DNA of 64,000 nt from Octopus vulgaris (taxonomy: Eukaryota), in NCBI GenBank assembly GCA_951406725.2, contig OX597819.1, forward strand, positions 80,166,001 to 80,230,000, written 5' to 3'. Below, in pieces: positions 1 to 14,119 of the stretch; the first letter of the stretch is position 1, and each line of letters opens with the position of its first letter. The translations under genes and the position numbers were made by a program. The notes below the pieces were generated by a model. It had not been told where the DNA came from and ran no database searches. It worked only from the letters and a program-made list of their open reading frames with translations.

Positions 1-59
1 AGATAGACGAAAAATTAAAAAAGGAATTCATCTGTTAACCCGATGCTAACAGAATAAAA

Positions 60-350
60 CCGACTGTAGACTCCTCCATGTATGTTAATACCATTTTTAG
101 GGCGAAGCTAAAAATGGTAGAAGCAAACTTTGGTTAACCGAATCTTTGGTAATTAAAGGCTTCATCAACGTACCCGAAAAGTAAGATTTTCAAACGAACG
201 CAAAGAACACGTATTGTTGTCCAAAAATCTAATCGATAATTACTACACCGACATCTCTTCCGGAAAACGGTGCGACCTGAACTCTAGCATTCTCTTCTAC
301 ACAAACAATATACTAACATTAACTGTAAGCACGTGTAAAGTTAGTGTATC
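60..350 (-). mobile_element. Highly degenerate LINE 3' fragment (L2/CR1-group-like), tentative
   Basis: Interrupted minus-strand translation (LHVLTVNVSILFV*KRMLEFR..FPEEM..NNTCSLRSFENL / LPKIRLTK) resembles the C-terminus of L2/CR1-group ORF2; many stops and frameshifts. Confidence 0.3.
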
Positions 351-395
351 TTTGACTACACTGGCTAGTGTGGTTTTTCTTTTAATTTTTGTCTT

Positions 396-763
396 TTATT
401 TGTTTCAGCCGTTGGACTGAAGCTATGCAAAAGTCACACCACCTTGAAGAGTACAGACAAACAGATCAACCCCAGTATTCTAGCACTTATTCTCTCAGTT
501 TCCTTTATCGAGTCACTAAGTTACGGTGACGTAAACAAACCAATGAACAGTTATAAAATGGCGAGGAGACAAACACAAGCAAACACAGAATACGAGGTCA
601 CACACACATGACGGGCTTCCATACGGTTTCTCTACCAAATTCTCGGACAAGATATTGGTCTTCCTAGGGCTACTGCGAAAGGCACCAACGAAAAGGTTTT
701 GCACAGTGGGATTAAACTCGAAACTACAGGGAGCTTCTTAACCGCACAACCATACCTGCGCCT
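396..763 (-). mobile_element. tRNA-derived SINE, family A (diverged full-length copy)
   Basis: Colinear with the copies at 25687-26072 and 61228-61668 (ctaagttacggtgacgtaaac, acgggcttcc..taccaaat, cctgcgcc head). Confidence 0.75.
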
Positions 764-2231
764 TTTATTAAAAAAAAAAACAAAAAAAAAAAACGCTAAA
801 GTAATATTTGTTGAAGATATGACTTCTAATTCCAGCAGATTGAGCGACCAGTTATAGGTTTCTTAGTTAACCGGTCTTTAATAACTCTTATATCTGTTAC
901 ATTAAGAATGTTTATATTCAGAAGGAAAATGAATGCAGAAGATTGAAAAATTGGAAGTGATTGGTTCCTTCTCCCATCTCTCTAGTCTTGGTTTTCCTGT
1001 CCTTCGTACACCTCGTATATCAGCTTTATGGTATACGAGATCCACTTCTCTCGCTGCCCTTTTCCTCGCTGTCTCCACATCATCACTTCATTACCATCCC
1101 TTCATTTACAAGCATTCAACCAAAGCGCCAAGTTCACTATTTCTCCCTCCTATTCTTTCTCTCCTCTTATTTCTTTCATTTTATTTCCCCTATTCGCGCT
1201 ATATTCTTTCCCTTTCTCTCTCTCACTCACACACACACTCTTTCTCTTTTTCTCTTTCTTATTTCTCTCTTCTTCACCCGCAGACGACGAGCAAGAACTA
1301 TAAATGTTACGTTACACAAATCTCGCGGCGAATGAACTTTAATAAACGACTTGTAGTTTCCCTCTAATATTACATTTACACTATTTAGCGTAATTTGAAC
1401 GAGATTTAGACACTATGTCTAGCAAATAGCCCTTACATATAAAAGTTCCCTTATTGACTCGCCTTTATCAAATAGTGGAGCCGAAGGAAATAATGGTCTA
1501 ACTCATCAAAAATCAACTGATGAAGTTATAAAAATAGTATAAGTTCGTGATAGAAGGTGAATTGTAGCGTTTCTTGCTGGGTTGATCGTAAGTGAAAACA
1601 TCGATAGAGTATTCCAATTCCTAACGGTTTACAAATCTGTTCAGTTATGTTAAACATTCCATCATGTTGTTGTTAATTTTACTTATCTTTCTGGCGGCTT
1701 TGGTGAAAGAGTTTGAACGAGATTGAAAGAGCCGAAAACATGCCTTTCTCTTTGGCTAAAGCCTCATTAGCTTTTTCTATTTTCACTTGAAAAGAAAATT
1801 GAGAGCGGAAAGGCTCCACGAGTAGTCCTCTCTTGCCATTTTCAAGGAAATTTTTCTTGTTTAAATTTTTCTGTAATCCTACACTCTATCGTTCTGTACT
1901 GTCCGCGATGTTCTTGGCAACCCTTAGTGGTTGATAAAGAAGATATGTTTTTTAGATCCAGTTGACCCAGACTGATAAAACCTTTGGAGGAAACAGATTA
2001 AGGTAAGACCAGCATGTATTTTCATTTTAAGTCAAATATTGTGTAAGTTATGCAGTGTTTCTTTCCGGCGAAAGTAAAAGCCAGGCCCTGAACAGGCAGA
2101 ATGTGCAATAAAATACCTTGCGATATTTGTTTCTGATCTCTTCGTCCAGTGTTCAAATCTCGCCAGAGTCAACTTTAGATTTCATCCTTCCGAGATTAAC
2201 AAATATAATACCTCTCAAATATTTGTTTCCA

Positions 2232-2235
<4 letters not shown>

Positions 2236-2294
<59 letters not shown>

Positions 2295-2295
2295 C

Positions 2296-2332
<37 letters not shown>
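2236..2332. repeat. (TC)n microsatellite
   Basis: Seen directly. Confidence 0.97.
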
Positions 2333-2336
<4 letters not shown>

Positions 2337-2647
2337 TCTGCTGTGTATGACTGTGAGAAGGGACGTTCTAGACCACTCAGTTTTAATTTTTTTAAGAAAT
2401 AGATGTTAAACAAGAGGATACCAACTTTTTTTTCTTCAAAAACTTGATATGCCATTAAACTCGTTTGAAAACCGGACCAATGCGTTTATTTTATACTATA
2501 GCACTGAACGAAAATATATATTAAAAAAAAAGAAACAAACAAAGAAGTGACACTTGAGAGTCATTTAGTTTCTTTTTCTAACATTTCGGACCACACAGAG
2601 TTTCCACCAATTAGTTGTTCGGCAGTAGTAGCAGCAGCAATATTGAT

Positions 2648-2862
2648 TTCAAACTTTGGCAGAAGGCCAGCAATTTTGGAGGTGGTGGGGTAAGTCGATT
2701 ACACCGACACTAATGTTAAATCGGTGCTTATTTATTGAACCCAAAATTATTAAAGGCAAAGTCGACTTCAGCGGAATTCGAACGCAGAACATGAAGACGG
2801 ATAAAATGACGCTATGCATTCTTGTCCAGTGTGATAACAATTCTACTAGCTTGCTGCCTTCA
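2648..2862 (-). mobile_element. tRNA-derived SINE, family B
   Basis: Shares aaaggcaaagtcgac.tc.gcggaattcgaac core and head with many other copies in the window. Confidence 0.8.
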
Positions 2863-3026
2863 TGAACAGTAATTTTTTAAAAAAGTTTCTTCCAAAGTTA
2901 GCCCTGTTCAAGATGTTCCAGTAACGACTAATGCATCTTTATTATTTCCTTTCAAATCTGATACAGTGTATCTGCGACTCAACTCAAGGCAAAAAACGAA
3001 ATGTGCTTTATTATCTTCTGGGTTTT

Positions 3027-3392
3027 TAAGGCGGCGAGCTGGCAGATACGTAATGCTTATTATTATTGTCTGTTTTTACGTTCTGAGTACGAATTCCGCC
3101 GAGGTCGACTTTGCCTCGATAAATTTACATCGACCCAGTAGCATACTGGGGTCGATATAAACGACAGGCCCCCTCCCCAAATCTTTTGGGCCGTGTACCT
3201 AGAGTAGTAAAGAATATTTTTCCCATCTTTAAAGGCTCTTTATGTTCTGAGTTCAAATCCCGCCGAGGTCGACTTTGCTTTCATCCTTTCGTGGTTGATA
3301 CATTAAGTACCAGTTGCGTAATGTGGTCGATTTAATCGACTGGTCCCCTCCCGCAAAATTTTTGGCATTTGTGCCGGTATAAAAGATTATTA
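3027..3392 (+). mobile_element. Two tandem SINE family B copies
   Basis: Head aaggcggcgagctggcaga; B-box-like gagttcaaatccc; gaggtcgactttgc core occurs twice. Confidence 0.8.
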
Positions 3393-3864
3393 TCTGGGTA
3401 TTTACTGGGCCAAGTCGCTGATGTCGCTATAGTAAATAAATAAAACTATGAAAGCAAAAAAAAAAGAAAGTTGATTTTCTCAAATGAAATAGAATTGCTG
3501 ATATCTATATTTGGATCGAAACCCAGAAAATCTTTGACATCATCATCTTGTATACCTGTCTGTCTGTCTGTCTGTCTGAATATCTATCTATCTATAACAC
3601 ATACACATAATCTATATCAGCAACTCAGTCCGTCTACAAATATTTCTGCTTTCCTAACATTCACACTTGCCCAAGGAGGGCGAGTCGTAGACGTTTGGAG
3701 ATTTATTACAATTAAAGGTGGAGTCAGAAATTCGAAGAACAACGTTAACCCTGATGGAAAAGCAGCAAATTGTAAAGATGATCATGCAAGTTGTAAAGGT
3801 CTTCATAGCTATATATACAAATGTATGTGTGGATTTTTATATAAATACATATGTATGTTAAAGC

Positions 3865-3998
3865 ACATCGCTCAGTGCTTAGAGCGTTGGCTCACAATCA
3901 TGAGGTAGTGAGTTCGATTCCCGGACCAGGCTATGTTGTGTTATTGAGCAAGACTTTATTTTACGTTGTTCTTGTCAGCTGTAGAAATAAGTTGCGAC
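3865..3998 (+). mobile_element. tRNA-derived SINE, family C (5' part)
   Basis: ctcagtgcttagagcg...gagttcgattcccgg..ttgagcaagac, matches the copy at 40445. Confidence 0.7.
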
Positions 3999-4001
3999 AC
4001 T

Positions 4002-4058
<57 letters not shown>

Positions 4059-4184
4059 TATGTATATATATTCTTTTTTCTCGAGCCATAATATAACTGG
4101 TAAGCAGTCTTTCATAGTGTATATGTGACCGAGATCACAATGAATTCCCTGAACAAGACACGGGTCCTTTACCGCGCTCAACAC

Positions 4185-4373
4185 CAGCAATTTCGTGGGG
4201 AGGGGCTAGACGATTATATCGACCCACTTTTATTGGACTACCACTTTATTTTATCGACCTAGAAAGGACGGAAGAAAAAGATGACCAGTTTGAGTTCAGA
4301 ACGTAAGGAGCCGGAAAAAATGCCCCTAAACATTTCGTCCGACGAGCTTTACAATTCTGTCCGCTCACCGCTT
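4185..4373 (-). mobile_element. SINE family B (diverged)
   Basis: ccagcaatttc..atcgacc..tttgagttcagaacgtaag..aaatgcc motifs. Confidence 0.65.
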
Positions 4374-4672
4374 AAGTACAAATATGCATACATGCATACG
4401 TATGTACACACGTTCATCTCTCACACACACACTCACATATGAACGTGATCATGCATACACACATATACATGCAAGCATACATACATACACACATACACAC
4501 ACACACACACACACACAAACACACATACACATATATACATACATTTGCGTGCACATAAATGACGAAACGGATTTGCATTAATACACATATTCTTATATAC
4601 ATACATACATACATACATACATACATACATACATACAGATATATATATATATATCAATCTATCTCTCTCTCT

Positions 4673-4738
<66 letters not shown>

Positions 4739-5296
4739 ATAGGTGTATATATATATTTGTAGGTTTAAACAAAAATGCCTATATTCACACAGACACAAAC
4801 ACACACACACGTGTGTGTGTGTTGCGTGAATGCGTCTATGCGCACGCTCGCTTGTGTCTAAATTTCAAACTCCTCATGTCCCAAACATCGGTGTAATTTA
4901 AAGCAAAGCAGCAATAGAATATACATTACGGACATGAGTATTTACATAGAACTAGCTGTTAGAAGCAAAACTATCTAAAAAGAACTAAATTCAAATAGAA
5001 TACCCCATATCCACACTCTGCCACATCCACATCAATGACCCTTTCAGAACCAATTGTTAAGGATGGACAGAATATTCGAGAATGTGAATATCATGGAATG
5101 AAGTGGCGCTTTTAAAGAGATTTTACGTCATTTGTTACAATCAGAACATCTGTTTCCGTCCATCAAACGAGACAGATAAACAGACAACACATTGTGGTGA
5201 AATATATACATTGCTATAAACTGACAAACACATAGCCTTTATGTCCGTACACATATGTATAAACATATACATACACCTACATAATACATACATACA

Positions 5297-5448
<152 letters not shown>

Positions 5449-6037
5449 GTATGTACACACATACACATATCCATATATATTATGTCACGGTTAATTTCAT
5501 AGCAAGTACATCAGGTCTGTTTGTTTCTGTCCTACCAAAACCTGATCGATTTTCCTATTTATCTTTTTCTCAAACTCCACATCTCTCTCTCATTCTCTCT
5601 CTCTCTCTTCATTTCTCTTTGCCTATCTATCTCCCGTGCGTGTGTGTGTGTTTGTGCGTGTTTGTGTATGTGTGTGTGTGCATGTGCGTGTGTGTGTGTC
5701 TGTGTAATTGGTGTCAAGGTGCGTACTTGCGAGTTCTATCTTTCTATATAATCATCCAATATCCTATGTTACGCACAAACATATCAGCTAAAACAACGTT
5801 ATCATACAATAAAATACACGCACACACACACATGCACATACGCAAACATGCACACATCCACGCACACATAGACACACACACCCACATACAACAAACACAT
5901 TTGTCCATATTGATTGGTAACGATTTATTATTCCCTGCATGGACATAAAATTACATGAGCCTCTGTGTGGATCTATCTATCTATCGATCTATCGCTCTTT
6001 CCTTCATTCTCTCTCTCTCTCTCTTTCTTTCTAAAAA

Positions 6038-6210
<173 letters not shown>

Positions 6211-6605
6211 GGACATCTATGACTGTCTATCTATCTAACAGATTCAGTCGACACCATGCAACTTAAACTTTCGTAGGCTCAGCAGAGGAACCTAGCTCCT
6301 CAGGCATGGGAGACCGAATGTATGTGAGTGTATATCATTCTGTATATCTCACTAGTAGTGTATTAGTCTTGAGAAGGCATGTCATATAGACATATAATGC
6401 GTCTATACAAAACTCATTCTCAAGACAAATATCACACTATTGTAGCTTTCGTGCAACGTATACACGTCAAGCGGATAGTTGTTCGGAATTAATACATCTA
6501 TCACTAATAACAACAACAACAATAATACATGTATATACGCGCGCGCACTCACACAGACGCGCGCGTATATATATGTATGCATGTATGCATACATATATAT
6601 ATATG

Positions 6606-7332
6606 TTCAACTTCTTCCCTTCTGGAGTCTCTAAACTTCCCTTCACTCTTGACATCAAGAGCCTATACATGGTGATCCCTCCCCACGAGGGGCTGCGTGC
6701 ACTCCAGCATTTCCTTGACCCAACCTCCAGCCTGACACATCCACACATTTCCAGCTGGCCTAACAGCTTCTCGTTCTCGGGTGATTTTTACCACCAGTTC
6801 TCGGGAGTGGCCATGGTAACGAGAATGGGCCCCAACTATGCGAATCTGTTCTACGTTGAGGCCCAAATATTCTTAAGTTTCACTGGTCTCACTCCTGAAC
6901 TATACGGTCGTTATACTGACGATTCTATCGGTGTGACCTAACACTCCCGCGAACATCTAGACTCCTTCCTCTCTTTTGTCAAATCTTTCCATCCTGCCCT
7001 ATACTTCTCCTGCACTATTTCCGACACCTCAGTCGCTTTTCTCGACATTTCGGTCAGCATTCATCACTCCACTCTCACCACATCCATCCACTACAAACAC
7101 ATAGACTCATATTCATACCTCAACTTCTCCTCCCATTCTAAACACACCAAGCTCTCCATCCCTATTCCCAATTCCTCCGTCTACGCAGGATCTGCAGTGA
7201 CGACCATGACTTTGAGACTCAGTCTCAACTCGTGGCTCGCCACTTCATCCTACGTGGATATCCCCTTACCACTATCCACACCGCCCTTGCCAGAGAACGT
7301 TCTGTGGACCGTGCATCTGCTCTCTCCCCCGC
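6606..7332 (+). mobile_element. Penelope-like retroelement, internal RT/thumb fragment (pseudogenised)
   Basis: FTLDIKSLY..IPPHEGLRAL; FYHQFSGVAMVTRMGPNYANLF; YGRYTDD; then AFLDISV..TTSIHYK..HTKLSIPYSQFLRLRRICSD..FILRGYP across a stop and a frameshift. These are PLE RT motifs. Confidence 0.92.
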
Positions 7333-7347
7333 ACATATGTATGTATG

Positions 7348-7394
<47 letters not shown>

Positions 7395-8285
7395 TTATAT
7401 GCACACACACATATATATATATATACATATTTACAGGTATACATGTATGCATGGATTCATATATATATATGTATGAATTATATATATAAGAGAATTAACC
7501 TAAATATGAAGTAAATTCTTTTTCACGACGGAACTCGAAGTACATAGAGCTATAAAGAATGATATTACTTCGGGATTGAAAATATATCCGAATGCTATTC
7601 GTAATATTTTCCACTATCTTCCATGTAAGGTTTTTTTTTACCCAATATAGTGAACGCTACTACTAAAATCTTAATCTATTTCGACTTCCAATCTTAAAAG
7701 TTATTTTACTTCATATCTCTTGAAGATTCTACACTCTTATTCTGTATATAGCTTAAATGTATAAGTCCTATATTTATGTGTATCAATCTATCTACCGATC
7801 TATCTATATATCTATCTTTGTATGTACGTGTGTATGTGTGTGTGTGTGTGTGTGCAATTACATGTTTATTCTTTACGTGTTAATTGTTTACGATACACGC
7901 ATATAAGTAGACTAAGTAGACAAGGTTTCGCAAAGGTTAGAGTACGATTAATTAGTTTCCTGTGTAAATTACAAGCAATTTTAAACAAAATGACTTGAGC
8001 TAAAGCTGTGATATAAGAACTGAACTGAAGTTTAAACATACCGTATGCGTATTTCTTGTAACTCGTAATTGTACTTACTAACATATTGCATATATATAGC
8101 ATGCACATGGGAATTTTGATGGCAGCTGTTGGTGCTGCCATCGGAGTAAGAGACGGAGAGAAAGAGCATTTGCCAGGAGATAGAAAAGGCGGGGAGAACA
8201 CCGATCCAGGATTGTAATTTTTTTTTGTTACTTTTGCTTTATATTTTTATATTATATATTGCATATATATATATATATTTATATA

Positions 8286-8457
<172 letters not shown>

Positions 8458-8591
8458 ACCACAATTTAGCGATAGGAATTGCAGGGCCCTAACCACTAAG
8501 CCACGCGCCTTTATACGCGAGCACACACACATGCATATATGCGTACATAATTGATTATATATATACATGCATATATATAAATACATACATA

Positions 8592-8661
<70 letters not shown>

Positions 8662-9836
8662 AAAGAGTAAAAGAGTAACTGGGAGAGAGTATATGTATGT
8701 ATATATTGAGAAAAGTAGAGGGGAAATAGAATTAGGTGTCTAACAGCTGGATTTTTAGTAATCTCTGAAAAATGAAGATAAATCAACTAATCTCAAATCA
8801 AACGGGAAGGTCATCGATGAAATGCATTTCATATGAGGTTAAGCAATAACAATGAATAAGACGAGTTTCTCACGGGTGCAATGCCTTTTATTATTAATCA
8901 ACAAGATTAGGGCTGATTTGGAGCTAATCGATACAATTAGCATGTTTAATATGATCAAAATCAACACCACCTCCAATATCATTAACGATACATGCTATAC
9001 CAGATAAAGGATGATTGAAATGGAAAGCCAGAGGGCCATTGCTGGAATCTTTTCTTCGCTCTAGTTGAGTTAAGTTAGAGTTAGATATTTCCAATTACAA
9101 CGAAAACAACAAGAGACGTGAGGGACAGCACATGGTTGCTCGACCCTGCAAGAACTAGCACTCAAATTTCCCTTAAATCACACCTTAATGAAGATATATT
9201 TGATTACCCTTGTTGTCAGGTACACGATGGTTGGGTTTTAAAATAATGAGATCGATGCAGCTGATGTCCAATGTAGCTAAATTTAACTGCTATGGTTCAA
9301 TATCTTTTGAAAACATGTGAGCAGGGATAGAATTTCTCGAGAGAGGTCAACTTATGTTAAGCATGATTAAGCACAATGTTTATTTAGTTAAGTCCTGGAG
9401 AATGAGAGATCGTTGAAATGACAAGAGTGAGACGGTTGCATTTATTGAAAGAACCTAAGATGAAAATGGACATTTAGTAGAGAAGTTGCTGAAGCAGCGA
9501 TATAAGGGTAAAAAAAGAAAGAGTGTGTGTGAGTTTTATCATTTTTCATATAATGAGTTGATCTTTAGTATTAAATTGGCTAATCTTCAGAGAACCTTCT
9601 TTTTAGGCGCGAAATATACTATCACGTGATCACGTGACACTAACACACGGACGTAGCGGGAAACGTACAAAGTTTCTAAAAGTAATCGCGTGTTCATTCT
9701 CTACAAACACTTGACAGAAAACATTCAGAACATTGATTGTTTGGACTTTTTCAGTCAACTGTGTCACCCTTAACTTTCGGATCCACAAAGGGCTTAGTCA
9801 CATGGACGTCTTGTCAGAATATAAAGCCGAAGACAA

Positions 9837-9959
<123 letters not shown>

Positions 9960-10101
9960 TGTATTATACGATAGTGTATATTTATATACATAAGGAATCA
10001 ACACTTAGAGTGAAAATTCAACACATTAGAGAACCACAACAATAACGGATAAGATTCAACAGGAACAAAATTTGGAAATGAAAAACATTTACCATTTAAT
10101 A

Positions 10102-10179
10102 CCCCGGACCAAAATTGGTTTCTGATCTTCTTTTAGCAAGTCAGGGGAACTCACAAGGTCTGATCTTCTTCGGCGAGGG
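10102..10179 (-). ncRNA. Hammerhead-ribozyme-like motif (type I, U4C core change)
   Basis: cctcg-CCGAAGA-agatc..gatca-GAAA-ccaattttgg-TC-cgggg; 5-bp stem I, GUC site. Confidence 0.5.
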
Positions 10180-10318
10180 CCAACCTGGTGTTAAAACATA
10201 TAAGACAGAAGAGAAGAACTGCTGTCTGTCTACTGTTTATACGAAGTAACTTTTCAAATTTTTCTGCGCAATCGCAGTCCTATCGTTAGCTACAATAAAC
10301 CGCCAACTTTAACCGAAA

Positions 10319-10354
<36 letters not shown>

Positions 10355-10944
10355 CATGCATATAATTATGAATAAAATACAGCAGAACGGCAACTGGTAA
10401 TAACATTTTCCTTAGAGCACTTGGATCAAGAGTTTCTTTCCCGAAATATTATTGAAGCTTTAAACAACCTATGTAAGACGATACAATATATTGTCCTTTT
10501 TGTTATATATTGGTATGACCTTACATATTCTGCTTGATTTCGCAATTGCATCGCTTAAAGTTTATTTTAAAATAAGTATGCCATTTACACATAACAATGC
10601 TTTAGGCAAATTACAATATCGTTTTATCAATAACATATTTTTCACGACACTCAGGCATTCGAAAAGATTTCCTAAAGCCTTAAATTATATATTTCAAATA
10701 TCTACAGCTCACTTAGATGTCCTTTGTGTCGCTTCGCTCAATAACCTACATTAAACGAAACCACATGACAAAGACAAATCTTCCTCAAATTATATTGTAA
10801 GATTTTCAGTAAAAAATAATACTTTTGGACAAAGTAGGTACTGGTATTTAAAAATAATGAATGGAGCATCGCTAAAATAGCATTGGTCATAGGCCTGCAT
10901 GGTAAGATCCTGGCTCGTTGTTAAACAATAACTGTTACAGTATT

Positions 10945-11570
10945 GGTTTCAAATTTCGGCACAAGACCAGCAACTTCGGGACAGGAGTAAGTCGATTATA
11001 TCGACCCAAGTATTCAACTGGTACTTTTTTTATCGAGCTTGAAAAGATGAAAGGCAAATTTAACCTTGGTGGAATTTGAACTCAAAATATAAATTTTAGC
11101 TAGCATGCTAACAATTCTGTCCGCTTATAACTTACATTAGGTTAAAATTTTAGCACAGGGCCAGCAATTTTGGGTGAGGAGGTAAGTAGATTACATCGAT
11201 TCCAGTGTTCAACTGGTATTTATTTTATTAACTCCAGAAAGATGAAAGGCAAAGTCGACCTCGGTGGAATTTGAACTCAGAACATAAAGACGGGCGAAAT
11301 ACTGATAAGTATTTTGTCCAGCGTGCTAACGATTCTCCCATCTCGCCGTCTTTATAACTGTTACAATATTCTTTTCTACTCTAGACACAAGGCCCGAAAT
11401 TTTGGAGGAGGGGGCCTGTCGATTAGATCGACCCCAGTATGCAACTGATACTTAATTTATCGACCCCCGAAAGGATGAAAGGCAAAGTGGACCTCAGAAC
11501 GTAAAAACAGACGAAATACCGCTAAGCATTTCGCCCGGCGTCCTAATGTTTCTGCCTGCTCGCCGCCTTC
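10945..11570 (-). mobile_element. Three head-to-tail SINE family B copies separated by a repeated target-site motif
   Basis: Three cores; ataactgttacaatatt-type motif at 10928, 11127 (degenerate), 11354 and 11571. Confidence 0.88.
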
Positions 11571-12381
11571 ATAACTGTTACAATATTGACAAAACACCAA
11601 CATTGCTAAAACCTCTGATACACTTTTAATCAGTAAGTGGCTTTAACTCAGTTAAAATAAACGATATTGTTCTGACATGTTCCCATGTCAGTCAAAAACA
11701 GAGAAATAAATGAGACTGAGTAAAAGAGAGAGAGAGTGAGAAATAAGAAAGACTGTGTAAGAGAGAGAGAGAGAGCGAGAAAGAGAGAAAGAGAAAGAGA
11801 GAGAGACTGAGAGAGAGAGAAATACATGTGCTTAAAATATTAGAAGAATACAGGACGTTCTGTTTTGGTGGTGAATAGTTAAGATGGATGTCACTGAAGG
11901 CTATAGGGTGATGCTGTATGAAGATTTGAGTGAGGTTGTTGTTTCGAAAGAAGTTAATTCCTGAAAAGAAGACGCATTTCTATCAAATAAGATATACATT
12001 TAACGTTGTGTAAACTCTTAAGAACATGCGCATGACATTTCTTTTTCGCTTTTCGTCCAACATGTTTTCTAAGGCTAACACTTTCTAAGCATCTTTCTAT
12101 CTATCTATCTATCCATCTAACGTTTTATTGCTTTATACACACACATACATATATAGATATATATATGTATAGATATGTATTATATATATATATTTATAGA
12201 AAAAATATTTTCACTTACACGTATGAATAGTGAGAGATAGGGAGAAGAAAAGGGCAAGAGAGGGAAAGGGAGAGGGGGAGAGAGGGGAAAGGAGATTTGG
12301 TATACAAGTAGACACAAAGACATATAGAAAGGAGTGCACAATCATCTTCAAGACGTTAGTTCTGTCTCTAATGTCTGTCAA

Positions 12382-12470
<89 letters not shown>

Positions 12471-12538
12471 ATGTGTGTGTATATGCATATATATATGCAT
12501 ATAAATATATGTATATATTTATATATATATTTATATAA

Positions 12539-12583
<45 letters not shown>

Positions 12584-12720
12584 CATACATACATACACAC
12601 GTACATACGTACATACATACAATTCCTTTCTGAATGAATCTTTTGTATGTGTGTATTAGTGCGCTCATGCGTGGATGTCATTGTATATGTGCTGGATATT
12701 TGCGTATGTTTGTATATGCA

Positions 12721-12785
<65 letters not shown>

Positions 12786-13199
12786 ATACGTGTATACGTA
12801 CTTGTATATATGTGTATATTTGTGTGTATTGAAGAGGCTTTTAAAGAACGAAGACAGAAGACAGTGGAGTGACTCTAAAGTTTACTGACACATCTTCCAA
12901 GAAGACACTTCAACTAATCCATTTTACCCTTTCACTGACTCCCACTTACTATTCTATTGCTTTGCACTTTTGTTATTCTTCTCATTGATGCTCGTGTCGT
13001 TATTGTCCTTGTTCTTCTTACTGTTGTTGTTTGTGACGTTCTTGCCATTGTTGTTATAGTGTTTATGATGATGATGATGATGCGGTTGTGCTGATGTTAT
13101 TTTTATCGTTATGATCGTTATTGTAGCTGTTGTTGCTGTTGTCACTCGTGTTGTCTTTGATGGCGATGGTGATCGTGTTTGTGGTGTTTGTGTTGGTTT

Positions 13200-13700
13200 G
13201 TGGTCATTGTGGCAGTGGTGGTTGCGGTGGTGGTGTGGTGGTGGTAGTTGTTATGTTGGCAGTGGTAGATGTGGTGGTGATAGTGTTCGTGGTACTTGTA
13301 GTGCTGTTGGTGATTGTGGTGGTGGTGGTGGTGGTGGTGATGGTCATGGTGATTGTGTTAGTAGGGGTTGTGTTGGTGGTAGTTGTCATGTTGAAGGTAT
13401 TGGTGTTGGTGGTGGTAGATGTTGTGGTGATGGTGTTGGTTGTATTTGTAGTACTGTTGGTGATTGTGGTGGTGGTGGTGGTGGTTGTGTTGGTAGTGTT
13501 TGTGTTGGTGGTTGTGTTCGTGATGGTGGTGGTAGTTGTCATGTTGAAGGTAATGGTGTTGGTGGTACTTGTAGTGCTGTTGGTGATTGTGGTGGTGGTG
13601 GGGGTGGTTATGGTGATTGTGTTGCTAGTGGTGGCAGCTATGTGGTGGCTGTTGGTAGTGGCTCTGTTGGTGGTGGAGCTGCAGCCGGTATTGCTGGGAG
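13200..13700. repeat. Imperfect (GGT)-rich tract with three ~135-150 bp higher-order units
   Basis: gtagttgt(c/t)atgttg...tgtagt(g/a)ctgttggtgattgtggtggtgg recurs three times. Confidence 0.85.
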
Positions 13701-14034
13701 TTGGTAATCTTTTTGATGCTGTTGTTGCTGTTGCTGGGGCTGCCCCTGTTGCTGCCGATATTTTTCTTATTATCGAGGTTGTTGCTGTTGTTATTGTTGT
13801 TAAAATTGTCCTTCTCGCTACATATTGTCCTTCTTTTAATGTCGCTGCGTTTGGCTGTTTGAGCACGTGACTTGATAGTTTGCAATGGAGCTGTACCAGT
13901 GACCAGGTCGCAGCGGTGCGACGAAAATTTCAATATCTCATGAAATCAATTTGAAATAAATTTAACAGCACTCCTGTAATGCTGACTCTGATAATTAAAT
14001 GTATTTTTGTTGTTATTGTTGTTGTTGTTGTTGT

Positions 14035-14118
<84 letters not shown>
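14035..14118. repeat. (GAT)n(CAT)n palindromic trinucleotide repeat
   Basis: Seen directly; centre tgatca at ~14070. Confidence 0.95.

Positions 14119-14119
<1 letters not shown>

Noticed and set aside
8117-8141. 9-bp hairpin gatggcagc/gctgccatc
   Set aside because: Too short for a pre-miRNA; an isolated occurrence compatible with chance
10928-11587. Regularly spaced 17-bp repeats suggesting a CRISPR-like array
   Set aside because: The intervening ~200-bp segments are homologous SINEs, not unique spacers; eukaryotic context with no cas genes
13111-13870. Thr-rich mucin-like (minus) or Gly/Cys-rich (plus) ORFs
   Set aside because: Open in several frames and on both strands because of GGT/GTT repeats; no splice or domain evidence. 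An exon cannot be fully excluded without RNA-seq
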